Source: Octopus vulgaris (taxonomy: Eukaryota). From it: a stretch of DNA of 64,000 bases. The stretch spans positions 62,434,001-62,498,000 of the forward strand of contig OX597821.1 in NCBI GenBank assembly GCA_951406725.2. The letters run 5' to 3'. This document shows, piece by piece, positions 23,947 through 36,809 of the stretch. A model generated the notes under the pieces. The model was not told the origin of the DNA. It saw nothing but the letters and a program-made list of their open reading frames with translations, and did no database searches. Every line of letters starts with the position of its first letter. Positions within the stretch are counted from its first letter, which is position 1. Made by a program: the position numbers and the translations under genes.

Positions 23947-26245
23947 ACTCAAGTTTTGTGTTCTATTTTCCTCCTTGGATCACCAAACGTATTTATGTAC
24001 ATTTCCATCTCTAGACCTTTAGGCCTACTTTGATGATGTGCAGCGTCTGCTGTGACTGAACAGTCCAATTCTAGAGTCGCAGTCCTTGGTACAGTTTCTG
24101 CACACGAACATCGATGAGTACGTGTGGGGTGTTGCTGCAGTTGTCCTCCTCCTGTCCCGCCTGTCCAACCACAGCTGTGCTCTCCTCTCCTCGGCCATGG
24201 AAACGCCTTTCCTCACCGTCCGACGCCAGGCAGAGCGGTATGCAGTTGTTTCCTCCCACGTGTCCGCACAGATGTTGGCAGTCCTCAGGTCGCGCTTGCA
24301 CACGTCCCTGTATCTTAGCTGTGGACGTCCCTTGGGTCGGGATCCCGTGGTGAGTTCGCTGTACAGGATGTCTTTAGGCATGCGACCGTCCTGCATGCGG
24401 CAGACGTGTCCGAGCCAGCGCAGTCGTCTCCGCACGAGGTGGGCATACATGCTTGGCATATTAGTCTATTCCAGGATGACTCCGTTTGGTACTCGGTCCT
24501 TCCAGGAGATGCCAAGGATCCGTCGAAGACACCGCATGTGGAAGCCGCTGAGGCGGCATTCCTGCCGGGTGTATGTTGTCCAGCTCTCGCTGCCGTAGAG
24601 TAGGGTGCTCAGCACGCAGGCTCGGTACACTGTGATCTTGGTGGTTATTGTGAGCATGTTGTTTTCCCACACTCTCCTGGAGAGCTTAGCCATGGCAGCA
24701 GCAGCCTTCCCAATCCGTCTGTTCAGCTCCGGCTCGAGGGACAGGCTGCTGGAGACCGTCGATCCCAGGTAAGTGAACTCGTTCACCACCTGCAAGCTGT
24801 GGTCGCCGACACTGATGCTGGGGACCCCTCCGACGTCCTGGCCCATGATCTCTATCTTTTTCAGGCTGATGGTAAGGCCGAACTCTTGGCAGGCATCCGC
24901 CAGGGAGCTGACCAGCCTCTGGAGACCCGGTTGGTTGTGTGATGTTAGGGCGGCATCGTCAGCAAAGAGGATCTCTCTGATCAGCACCTGACGGACTTTG
25001 GTCTTAGCTCTGAGGCGCGCAAGATTGAACAATCCACCATCAGCCCTGGTGTGGAGTAACACTCCGTCGTCGGACGTTCTGAAGGCATAGGACAGGACAA
25101 GGGAGAAGAAAATTCCGAAGAGCGTCGGCGCCAGAACGCAACCCTGTTTCACTCCACTCTGGATGGGGAATGACTCCGTGGGCGATCCGTCAAACTGCAC
25201 TGTTCCCTGCATACCGTCGTGAAAGGAGGTGATGAGTTTCAGCAGTCTGGGTGGGCAACCTATCCCACCCAGGAGCGCAAACAGCCCCTCCCTGCTGACT
25301 GAGTCGAACGCCTTAGCCAGGTCGATGAAGGCCACGTATAGGGGCTGTCTCTGTTCTCGACTCTTTTCTTGAAGCTGCCTGAGTGAGAAGATCATGTCAA
25401 TTGTAGACCTCTGTGCCCTAAAGCCAGACTGAGACTCGGGGTACACACGCTCTGCAAGTATTTGCAATCTCTTCAGGACCACCCTGGCAAATGCCTTACC
25501 GACAGTGCTGAGCAGTGATATGCCCCTGTAGTTATTGCAGTCGCTTCTGTCCCCTTTGTTTTTATACAGTGTGATGATGTTTGCGTCACGCATATCCTTA
25601 GGGACAGAGCTCTCCTCCCAGCACTGACAGAGCAGCTCGTGGAGATGGCCCAGAAGGGCTGGCTTCCCGCACTGGATGACTTCTGCGGGGATGCCGTCTT
25701 GCCCTGGTACCTTGCCCCGAGCGAGTGAGTCAATTGCTTTGCTCAGTTCTTCCTATATATATATATATATGTGTGTGTGTGTATGTGTGTGTGTGTGTAT
25801 GTGTGTGTGTGTGTCTATATATCTAATAAGAGTTTATAAGAATAAAGTTTGAGTAATATATTTTGTTATGTGCCTGAGACGAACAGAAGGGAATAAGATA
25901 GAAATCACAAGTGATAACTTAGGATTTCTAGGAAAATATTTTAGAACTTAAACATCACACATCATATTGATTTTACCTCTAAAAGCATATGTATAAAAAT
26001 ATAAAATAACTATATCCAAGAAGGAATACCAAGGTAATAGACAATATCAAGTGCCCGACCAAAGATAAGCTAGCGAGATGACCACATGTGATACATTTGG
26101 GCGTACCTGACCACGACTGGCCAAAACTAGAAAGTGGCAGAAGGAATCGAGGGAGGAGTTTCAGACGTGATAAAGCTCTAGAGATGGAAATATATATATA
26201 TACGTTTGGTGATCCAAAGAGGAAAATAGAATACAAAACTTGAGT
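23947..26245. repeat. 75-bp inverted repeat pair (23947-24021 / 26171-26245) flanking the RTE LINE
   Basis: actcaagttttgtgttctattttcctccttggatcaccaaacgta...tttccatctctagaccttta versus the reverse complement of taaagctctagagatggaaa...tacgtttggtgatccaaagaggaaaatagaatacaaaacttgagt. Confidence 0.85.
24025..25752 (-). mobile_element. RTE-clade non-LTR retrotransposon ORF2 (RT domain + C-terminal zinc finger), 5'-truncated, with a single in-frame stop
   Basis: One continuous frame from EELSKAIDSLARGKVPGQDGIPAE through NYRGISLLS, QSGFR, FIDLAKAFDSV, GVKQGCVLAP, LFADD, FTYLGS and RLRWLGHVCRM to CRNCTKDCDSRIGLFSHSRRC. The TAG at 24466-24468 is in frame with the downstream ORF. Confidence 0.97.
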
Positions 26246-26248
26246 ATG

Positions 26249-26305
<57 letters not shown>

Positions 26306-26319
26306 GTATATATATATAA

Positions 26320-26502
26320 AGTTAATCCAAACAAGAAACCACAAAAAAACACAGCAACGCGAGGACGTGGAACAAACATAGTATTATTGGACGCTCAGGA
26401 AAGAAGGGAAGAAGGAAGGTTTAACGTTTCGATTCGAGCGGAGCTCTTCGTTGGAAACAAAGGAGAAGGAAAGATCCCGAGAAGGGAAGACAGAGGAAAA
26501 AA
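26320..26502 (-). mobile_element. Family H1 copy with a decayed hammerhead motif
   Basis: Reverse complement of the 1035-1210 part; the core reads gttt CCAACGA A GAGC tcc GCTC gaatc GAAACGTT aaac. Confidence 0.8.
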
Positions 26503-27925
26503 TGTGCTTATTATCAAGTTTGATCATTTCCAATGCAAGTAATTCTCAGCCCTTGAATAGCTTGAGTTGCTTTTATCGATTGTTAATAAAAAACGACTAT
26601 ACATAAATATAGTAAGTAAACATGATATAATACTCTAATGACACATATTTTAGGCGCGGCTATATCAAGTCACTTTTATTGCATCTCTATTATTAGCCCT
26701 GCTGCAAACCGAAAATTATTTTATTTTTGCATCTATTTATTCATGATAGTTTTATTTTTGGCATTGATTCTTGGTATCTACGCTACAAATTAATCTCTGG
26801 TAATTTGCACCAACCAGAGATTTTTCTTAACTGCACTTAGGACCTTATGCCAAAATATGAATATATAATTGCAAATATGGTGTCAACAATCACAAATAAT
26901 TAAGAATAACTGGTGTCCTTGACAAAAAGATCTAATATCAACGATGTTTATTTGAAATGAAATAAGTCTGAAATTCTTTTAAAAAAGAAAACCTTTTTCT
27001 GAAAAATTTTTGTCACATTTCTGCTAATGTCAACATACTTTGCATATGTGGCTGGCGTATTTTGTTAAAGTGGTTTGAAAATCATATCGCACTAACCAGT
27101 TAAAGTTAGATATTTTCCGAAAAAACTAAATCCATCATTTATGTTCTTTCAAGATATTATTTTTTCAAACTTATAATTTTGTTGTGATTTTCTTCAGAAT
27201 TTCTTTGAAATTTAATGATTTTTGTTAAATTTGTTAAAACTGATCAACTTCCGAAGCCTTGCGTAAATTCTTGCTTTTAATTAATTTTTTTCTTTCTCTT
27301 GAAATGTTTCAACTTTCAGGTGATTAAAATCTTTGAAAGACGAAGGTCTCTTGATATTTTGTCATTTGTTAAGTTTGTTTATTTTGCTCATATGTTCCTT
27401 TGATATTTTTGACGGTTTCATTCAATGAATTTCTTTTGACTTATTTCTTTTGACTCGTTCATTCGTCTGTCTTCACATAAACCGATTAGAAAGTCAAATC
27501 ATTATTTCTCTCGTCATAATCAACCGCAGCTCTCGATTGCCTTCTGACGATAAATACCAAACAGAATGTAAACATGATGGCACCCTGCTGTACACAGCTG
27601 GATAGGCAAGAAAAAGAAATAGGCCAACCCCACAAAAAACAGAAAAAAGACACCTCAAGAGAAGCAAGCGAAAAGGGTGAGGAAGAGTAAGTCTTGTTCC
27701 ATTCCCATTGAAATACAATGCAAATTGATTAAAAGGCTGAAAGGATCAACGCAATACCTTGCTGATCACATTCGATGCGAGTTAGAATGGGTGAGGACCC
27801 CGATATATGGAGCTCACAAAAGTCAGGCTTTTAATAAAAACTTGAGGAAAAATTTATATAGGCAAATATGTATCTTCTTGGCCACTCGATATTTAGATCG
27901 CTTACGTGACTTTCTGCTACGAAAA

Positions 27926-28627
27926 TCTATATATATAAAACTCAACTTGTGTGTCTGTGTGTGTATCTGTGTGTGTGCCTGTGTGTTTAACTTCCCGGCA
28001 CATCTCCTCCTAGCGAACAACTCGTAGAACCACCAAAAATGGGTCACTTAAAGTTTAGGCGAATGAAGATTGAACTGCGCTATTTCTGTTCCGAAATTCA
28101 TCTCGCAAGTGCAAAAATCGATAATGTGTTTGTTTAGGCCTTATCCCATGCATTGAAAAGTGAACTTTACTCAGTCAGATGTTTGACGTGAACTGTGTTT
28201 ACCACGCGTACAAGCATGCGTAAATTGCGTGAAAAAAAAATATATATAAAGCTTAAGTTGTCTGTGTATGGCAGGTTTGATAGCCTTTAACTAACACTAT
28301 CTCCCCCAAGACCCTGCGGCGCAAGTTGAACAAAATTGAGAGTATGATAGAAGAAAGCTTGCTCTTCATGCTGTAGAAGAAAAAATTCAAATCGGAGCAT
28401 GTTAAGACCAAAAATCATTTACATCAAAAAGGTGCTTTTTTTTCTATGAAAATCTCTATTTTGTATGATTTTTTGACTGTTGTGTTGCCATTTTTCAGTG
28501 TATTTAAACCAGTAAAATATTCACTTAAAGAGAATAACAAGCTTCATAATGCAAAATTTTAAATTTTCGAAAATTCCAATTCTAAAGGGTCGAAACAAAA
28601 CCGAGCAATGCTGGGCGATACTGCTAG
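27926..28627 (+). mobile_element. Non-autonomous Helitron (composite, two 5'-end-like modules)
   Basis: Starts A|TCtatatatataaaactcaacttgtgtgtc, has a second similar start at ~28241, and ends with an imperfect hairpin ccgagcaatgctggg plus CTAG|T. Confidence 0.7.
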
Positions 28628-29451
28628 TTTATAATACAATGAAAAGGCGAGTACCGTTCAAGCACTCCTTCATATTCCAAGTTATGGCAAACCGCATCGG
28701 ATGGTAAAGAACAACCTAAGACAATTTGAGATAGACAATCTCGATGTATTAATTCATCCAATCATAGGTTTGCTCTGTTGAATTAAAAACAGTTTACCGA
28801 GTGTTTACAGAAGATAATAAAACGCATATTTTAAACCGTATCAGGTTTCTAAATGTTCCCGTCAAAGTCATTGCATTCAGAGATTATTGTCTCTTACCAA
28901 AACATAATACTACCTAAGCCAGCATAGTTTAAATCGTTTCAAACTACAACAATGTACAACATTTTCAATAAATTCAATAAAGCTGCATAGACCATTAAGC
29001 AGACGAATAAATTGTGAGCAATGAAACCACATTGCAAGATAGCCATATAGGAGAAACCTAAGTTGGAGAAATTTAAATTAAATATGCAATATGAAATAAT
29101 ATGTAATAATATTATTATTTCTCCTTATTCCTTGAATTACAGAGAGAGAGAGAGAGAGAGGGGGGAGAATTAGAGTAGAGCCCCCATCTTATACAGATGG
29201 ACATTTCTACTTGAATATGTTTGGGTTCCCTGATAAGTACTTCCAGTTCTATGTAAAATCGTATCTGGTTGTTGATTGTCATATTCTTATTATTCTTCTA
29301 ACATTTACATAAGTTGTAAAATGTTCGTTGCATGGCAAAGTTACTCCTATTCAGGTTTTAACCACCGCGTTCTATGTGTAACTGTTTATTAACACTGCTT
29401 AATAAGGATACTGTAAGAATATTATAATGATTGTCGCTGCTATTGCTCTAG

Positions 29452-29912
29452 GCAGAATCTTTAGCATTCTTACTAAGATGTTTGGCAGCATTTCGCCTTC
29501 CTTTACGCTCTCAGTTCCAATACTGGGAAAGTCAACTTTGCCTCTTATCCTCCCGGGGCCTATTAAAAAGTACAAGTTGAGCACTGGGGTCGATGTGATC
29601 GACTTAGTCCCTCCCCGAGGTTGCTGGTCCTGTGTCAAAATGTGAAACTATCATTAATATTATTATTGTTATTATTATGATTATTATGAATATATTATTA
29701 TTAAGGCGGTGACCTGGTAAAATCGTTAGCATGCCGGGCGAAATGCTTAATGGTATTTCGTCCGTCCTTACATTCTGAGTTCAAATTCCGCTGAGATCGA
29801 CTTTGCCTTTCAGCCTTTTTTGGTCGATAAATTAAGTGAAATACTGGGGTCGATGTAATCGAATAATACCCTCCCGCCAAATTTCAAAGCCCTGTGCATT
29901 CAGTAGAAAGGG
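29452..29912 (+). mobile_element. Two diverged SINE family A copies (29452-29650, 29704-29912)
   Basis: ggcggtgacctggtaaaatcgttagcatgccgggcgaaatgc...ttctgagttcaaattccgc...actggggtcgatg cores. Confidence 0.8.
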
Positions 29913-29924
29913 CTATTATTATTA

Positions 29925-30050
29925 TCATTGTTATTATCATCTTCTTTCAATTCTGTTTGCACTTCTTGTCGAGTGTCTTCCTGACACCTTGGGCAGATAA
30001 ACTCACTGTATGCATTGGTAGGCCATTAAAATAAATATCACCAAATTGTT
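29925..30050 (-). mobile_element. Possible 3' UTR of an R4/Dong-like LINE
   Basis: Minus-strand ctgcccaaggtgtcaggaagacactcgacaag...aaagaagatgataataac resembles the 3' UTRs at 33000-33062 and 54770-54833, and abuts an (ATT)n tract. Confidence 0.35.
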
Positions 30051-30832
30051 CATTTGCGAAGTCATGTGACAGAGAAAAAGAGGAAAAAAGACAGAAAAAA
30101 CGAAAAATATTAAACAAAAAAAAATAAAGGGGAAAAAAACAACAGCGACAAGGCTTTTCTGACTTTTATTATACTGTCCATCAGGGCATCATGTTATTTG
30201 CCAGTGTGCACCTTACTGGGAATGAGTGTCTCTTTGGCTGACATGGAAACACGCTGATATTTCATTCTGATGGAAAAAAAGAAATAGTCTTCATTTCATT
30301 ACCTGTAAACGTCGAAAGTTATAATTTTAACAATTCTCTACTCGGGTTGACAAAAGCTATAATCATTTCTACTATTTTTGCAACACTGCTCTTGCATACA
30401 TTGGTGCTGCTACTAATAACACAGCGAATTCTGAGAACATTGACAGTTTTAGTAGTTACCTCGGCTTCATATGTGAAATGAGCTGTAGCAAAAACTGTGC
30501 AAGAATTGATACAGGTTATGGAAAGGATGATGTCGGTTGTTGTTCAGATGCTCAGCGTTTGTACAATAATGGTTTAGAATATATCGTTCTTTACCTACTG
30601 CTGCAGTAGGTGCTATTTTGACGTTTTTAATTTGGAAACGACAAATCTTGAAAAATAAGAACAATTGGAAACAAGAATAGTCATCTAATGGTGTCCAAAA
30701 GGCATAACGATAGGCAATAACAATAACATAACCATGTATACATTATACGATTCCTCTCAAATTTAAGGAATGATGATGATGATGATGATGACAACGACGA
30801 CGGGGAGGAGGGGGAGGGGGATGATGATGATT

Positions 30833-31035
30833 CTTTATTATAAGCGCAAGGCCTGAAATTTTGTAAGAAGCTACTTAACGACATCGGCCCCCTGTGCTCA
30901 ACTGGTACTAATTTTATCGTCACGAAAAATATGATAACTAAACAAAGTTGGCGTTGACATGGGTCTTAACTCGTAATGCTAGAGTCGGAAGCAATACTAC
31001 AAATTATTTTTCGGACAGCTAAATCTTCTGCGAAT
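30833..31035 (-). mobile_element. Diverged SINE family A copy
   Basis: aaggcctgaaatttt...catcggccccctgtgctcaactggtactaattttatcg matches the reverse complement of the SINE A core and tail. Confidence 0.6.
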
Positions 31036-31443
31036 CTATCATGTACATGTTTTGACTTGGTATAAAAGATGAGCTACAGCAAATATTCTGCTCAATACCA
31101 CAGATTTGCTTGCCAGTTCTTTGAACTTTACCCACTGAGTCTCCCCCTTGGTGGCTGACGATGCATCATTGATCACGAGCAGAAATAGTGGGGTAGCATC
31201 ATAGCTATGTGTTGAGAGGAATTCTTTGAAGTTTGAATAATTTACCTCTAGAAATATGAGTATTTCGTTCAACACCTTTCAGCAAATCTTTTTGAAGGAC
31301 TTTGTAAATTGTAAATGGGCCTCACCTGCAAAGTCATGTGCTGTTTATCTCGATATGAGATAACATGTCGCACATATGGTTTTGATGCATGGGCCTTGTA
31401 TACCCTTGTCAGACGGGAAGTCTTGATGTGTATACTGGGCTTC
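31036..31443. mobile_element. ~550-bp non-coding repeat family T, copy 1 (truncated at both ends)
   Basis: Shares agcaaatattctgctcaataccacagatttgctt, tgatcacgagc.gaa.tagtgggg and cacctgcaa.gtcatg with 44122-44460 and 54851-55400. Confidence 0.85.
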
Positions 31444-31494
31444 CAGAAGAAGAAGAAGAACAAGAACAAGAACAAGAAGAAGAACAAGAAGAAG

Positions 31495-33060
31495 GATCAA
31501 ACATTCGACGATGAGGGAAACGAAAAGATCAGAAAAGAATGTTATCACAGGATAAGGGCAATACTCAAGACACAGCAGAATGCAAGAAAAAGGATCGAAA
31601 TGATCATTCCTTTAGCTATATCGTTTGTGTCTTACCGTTTAAATATTGCTAACTGGTCAATTACTCAAATGTATAATACTGACAGAAATATAAGAAAATT
31701 GTGGACAATGCATAGAATGCTCCACCCTGAAGGTGATATAGAAGGATTTTACCTGCCAAGAAAAGAGGGTGGCTGCGGACATTTGCAATTGGAATTAACA
31801 ATGAAGATTGCCCCAATTGGCCTAAACACCTACCTAAAACTGATATGACTGGATGTTAAAACTTGTTTTAAAGCATAAAAACAAGAAAACATCATTCTCA
31901 CAAAAGAGCCAAAGAAATACCTAAATGTATTTCAAATACAACAAATCCGAGAATTAGACGTACTGGAAACAAGCACAGGAAAAGCTAAGCGTATGAAAAC
32001 CCGTGCTAAATATGCTGCCTTAGATATTGTTAATGACAAATAGTAAGAAAAACCTCTCAGTTGCAAATACCCAAACAGAGCTAATAAAGGTGATGTTGAC
32101 AAAGCTCTTATCAATCAATGGTTAATGTCTTCTGGCTTAAAATCTATCTTAGCAGCCCAAGATCAATGACTACTTACAAGAAGCTACCAGGCTAACATCA
32201 TTAAGATTGGTTGTAGCCCAACATGTGTATGTAAACAAAAAATGAAACCAATGATCATATATTTTCCATGTGCAATCTTCTTGCGCCTATGGAGTATATC
32301 AGTAGGCATGATAGAGCAGTACAGTATATTCATTGGGTAAATTGCAAAGACTTGGACCTGTTGAAAACTGTTGGGGACACAAACCACCTCCAGTGCTTGA
32401 AAATGATTACATACCACTCCTTTGGAACTTCACTGTTCAAACTGACAAAGAGACAGATGCAAATAGGCAAGAGATTATATTGAATAGCCTCAGACAAAAA
32501 TCATGCCTCCTCATCTATGTGACTGTCCCAATCGACATATGTGTCAAAGCCTTCCAATAAATGAAGCAAGTATAAAGATCGTGAATGGAAATTGGTAAAA
32601 TGTAGAACATCAAGACTACGACAATACCTTTTGTCATAGGTACTCTAGGAATGATAACAAAAGAGGCTGATTGCTACTTAGCGCAGATACCAACAAATCT
32701 AAAACCGCAAAAATTTCAAACAATAGTGCTCGTGGGAACTGCGCATATCCTGCCTAAAATATTGTCTATGTAATCCCCAAAACACTATTCGGTAAACAAC
32801 GTCAAAATACTTTTAAATTGGCGCAGCAGCAAATACCTCTTACTGTAATGTTAACATCAATCTTATAATCAACTTATTTTAGAAACAATTTTAAAATTCA
32901 CTTATGTTTTGACAAACATTCTCTAGAACAATACTCTGTGTAAAACCAAATGTATAGCATCCTAGTTATGACAGCAACTTGAACTTCTAACTTATTGTCT
33001 CTTGAGGTCTTTGGGTGAGACCTGGAGTCAGCATGTACAAATACAAAGCAAAAACCAAGC

Positions 33061-33062
<2 letters not shown>
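31495..33062 (+). mobile_element. R4/Dong-clade (RLE) LINE, 5'-truncated copy 1, with a (TAA)n tail
   Basis: IRKECYHRIRAILKT..., DRNIRKLWTMHRMLHPEGDIEGFYLPRKEGGCG, LAAQDQ, RHDRAVQYIHW, LWNFTVQTDKETDANR; the 3' UTR is followed by (TAA)n at 33063-33150. Confidence 0.9.
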
Positions 33063-33150
<88 letters not shown>

Positions 33151-33153
<3 letters not shown>

Positions 33154-33957
33154 AAAAAGTACCAGGTCAGCATATTAAAGAGCGCCAGGTGCCCAATATG
33201 TCGTGTATGTCAACAACAAAATGAAAGTATTGACCATGTTGTCTCCATGTGTAGACTTCTTGCACCTACAGAGTATCTCGACAGGTGTAATAGAGCAGCA
33301 CGATATATTCACTGGTTGATTTGCAAAAACCTGGACCTGCCCCATGATAAAAACTGGTGGGAACACAGACCACCTCCAGTGCTTGAAAATGATGAACATC
33401 CAATTCCTCTGGGTCTTCATTCGAATTAATCGGAATATAGATGCGAAGAGGCATAGATATTAAATTCAAAGACATCAGACAAGAATCATGCCTCCTCATT
33501 GATATTACTGTCCAAATCGATATAAACGTATCTGTCAAGTCCTACCAAAAACAGAGCAAATATAAAGATCTTGAAATAGAAATTGGCAAAATATGGAACA
33601 TGAAGACTAAAACAATACCTGTGGTCATAGGTGCCCTAGAAATGATAACAAAAGGAGCTGATTGCTACCTAGCTCAAATACTAGAAAACCTCAAAATGGC
33701 AGAAATTCTAAAGATAGTGCTCATGGAAACTACCCACATCCTACGTAAAATACTGTCTATGTAATCTCATATTTTAAAACAAATTCATAATTTTCTTATG
33801 ATTTATTAAACATTCTGTAGAACAACACTATGTACAAAACCAAATATATGGCACCCTAGGCGTAACAGTAACATGAACATTTAACTTCTTGTATCCTGAG
33901 GTCACTGGGTACGACTTGGCGCCAACTTGTAGAAATACAAAGCAAAAGCCAAACATA
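33151..33957 (+). mobile_element. R4/Dong-clade LINE, 5'-truncated copy 2 (CCHC + RLE domain)
   Basis: CRVCQQQNESIDHVVSMCRLLAPTEYLDRCNRAARYIHW...CLLIDITVQID...KQSKYKDLEIEI...IPVVIGAL; 3' UTR homologous to copy 1; (TAA/TGA)n tail. Confidence 0.92.
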
Positions 33958-34010
33958 ATAATGATGATGATGATAATAATAATAATGATAATAATAGTAA
34001 TAATAATAAT

Positions 34011-36450
34011 TCAGATCAGAGGAAATATTAACAATGACAAATAATAAAATATGAAAATAATAATATCAGTGATTATAATTATAATATTGAAGTGAAGCTA
34101 TTGGAATCTCCCTGATTGTTGAAACATTTAGTGATGGTATCAAAATAAAAACACTGGTAATTGTTCAACCTGATAATCAATACCTCCTATAAGTGACAAT
34201 GAAAATACAAAATATTGTGAATAACAGTTGTAAAGAAACTGAAACCCTTGATGGTGACCCTATTGCACCCGGCAGGCTCAGACATACTGGTCCCACTCAA
34301 GCCTGTCGTTATCCAGCAAGGAACCAGCACACACAGCGGAAATGAAACAAACAAATCAATGCTGATGTCACGGAGTGGATACTACCTGAGCGACACTGTA
34401 GACGAAAATGTTGTTCATATTAAGGGTTACCGACAACGCATATATGATTAATGGAGAGAAAAAGGATGGTTTCAACTCACGGAACGGAGATTATGTGATC
34501 AAGCTAGATCAATAAAAATTGTTGGTTCACAGAAATAGAGCTCGACGGGTATTGGTAAACAGCAGCAGTGGAAACGATGAAACTACAATTCCTACTGATA
34601 AAAGTAATCTCATAGCAGAAAATAGAGTTGAAATCTATAATAAACAAAATGAAAGGAATAGTGATAGCTTGCTTGGGGAGAGACATAGTTGATTTGGAAG
34701 AAGACAACAAAACTAATGGTGACATGACAGATGAGCAAAATTCAATCTACCATAGAATAAAGGAAAGACTACAGGAGAATGATAGCGACATTATTTGCAA
34801 CTTAGAAAAGTTGATCGGTGGAATTTGAACCGAGAAACAAAAAAATGTGAATTAAATTCTGAAATATATCAGAACAAAAAGCATCACAGAAACAAAAAGC
34901 AAGTAATGTTGTAGCAGAAAATCTGGGTGTTGATGTCAAGAAAAAGAAATATAAAGGGAGTGACAAAGGAAAATATCCATCGGTGAAAGTAAGAATACAG
35001 CCGAGGTATTCTCTCAAAAGACATTTCTGTGTTAAACCGAAAAGAGAAGAGAAAGTTTAAAATCGAACAAAAATACAAGGCACAGAAAAGGAAGTATAGT
35101 ATTTAAAGAAAGAGCCTGAAAGTGGTACTGGATGAATTGAAACAGCGCCTCGTTACAAAGAAAACAAAGATGGTAAATGAAGGGATACCAGCGCAATAGG
35201 CTATTCAGAGTAGATCGGGAGACATTCTACAGAGAAATATATGGAAAGTGTACAGATGAAAAGCTGATACCAGATAACATTGAAAGTCAAAGGTTTTGGA
35301 GTGACATTTCGAGCAAAGACAAAGAGCACCAGAAGGATGCTGAATGTTTGCATAACTGAAGCAAACATTAGTCTGTCTAAAAAGGCAGAACTAGTCATTT
35401 CAATTAGAGAAGTGAAGGAAATCAGCAAACGAATTTGCAACTGGAAGGCCCCGGGACCAGATGGAGTTCAAGGCTACTGGATCCACAGATTTGGTGAATT
35501 ACATGAATCAATCGCTACACAACTCATGACTTTGATAAACGCCGACTAAGTAACACCAGAGTGGTTGACAATGGGATGGGTACGACAGTGCTCTGCTTGA
35601 AAAACATCGAAGAAGGCAACACAGTAGACAATTTCAGGCCGATAGCCTGCTTGCCACTTATGTGGAAATTATTGCCTGGAACAGTCACAGAGTCAATGTA
35701 CGAACATCTGGAAAAATTGTGACATGAGCAGAAGGGTTGCATGTGTAAGTGCAGATGTACCAAGTATCAACTCTTGGTAGACAAAACTATACTTCGAGAC
35801 TGAAGGAGAAGGAAAAGTAACTTAGCCATGTCATGAATAGATTATCGTAAGGCGTACAATATGATACCCCATTCTTGGATTAGGAAATGTATGAACCTAT
35901 TTGGTATCGCATCGAATGTTGAGTGCTTGCTTGGAAAAAGTATGTTGAAGTGGATGACGGAACTGACAGCATATGGAAGACGTTTAGGGGCAATAGAAAT
36001 CAGGGGGCATCTTCCAAAGGGACTGTCTGTCACCACTGATCTTTTTACAGTGCATGATACCACTAACGCTGATTCTGAGGAATACAAGGGATGGGTATAT
36101 ATTCAAAAGCTGCCAACAAAATGTCAACCATTTGTTATTCATAGATGACCTCAAACTTTATGGTAAAGATGAATTCCAAGTCAGCTCCCTCGTTGATACG
36201 GTGTATACTTTCAGTGCTGATATCAGAATGGAGTTCGGACTGAAAATGTTTGACACGTTAGTCTTGAAGCGAGGCAAGATGGAGGGGCTGACGATACCGC
36301 CGGGGCAGGTTATGAAGCAGATAGAAGAGACGGGCTATAAGTACTTGGGGTTATTGGAAATAAATAAATTGATGGAGAAAGAAATGACAGAAAAATTAAA
36401 GTGGAGTACTTGCTCAGACTGATCCTTAAATCGAAATCAAACGGACTGGT
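34011..36450 (+). mobile_element. R4/Dong-clade LINE, N-terminal region and RT domain (3'-truncated, pseudogenised)
   Basis: [89 protein letters not shown]. Confidence 0.92.
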
Positions 36451-36809
36451 AATACATTGGTAAATTCAAAATGAACATTTCACTTGGATATCTCTCTGTG
36501 TATTTTCAGTGTATTATTTTACTTGGGGAAGTGAACATTTTGCTTTTGATACAATTCTCATAAACAGCAGTAATTATTGTGTATTTGAATATTTAAATTG
36601 GTCTCAATTTCTTGTATATTAATATGCACAGATAGAGTGAAATAAATTATTTTAATTCTCGTAATTTAGAACTATTGCAATTAAAGCTTTCTCCGTTTTT
36701 AATGCGTTTTCTTTTAATAGAGTGGTAACTGAAATATGCTGTATAATTAAATAATTAACAAATAACAATAACTATTCCTGACCTCATTGGTCATTGTACT
36801 GCAGCCACC

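Noticed and set aside
24086-24598. 170-aa plus-strand ORF
   Set aside because: Antisense shadow of the GC-rich RTE ORF2.
26520-27920. Possible decayed transposase in AT-rich DNA
   Set aside because: No diagnostic motif could be read in any frame.
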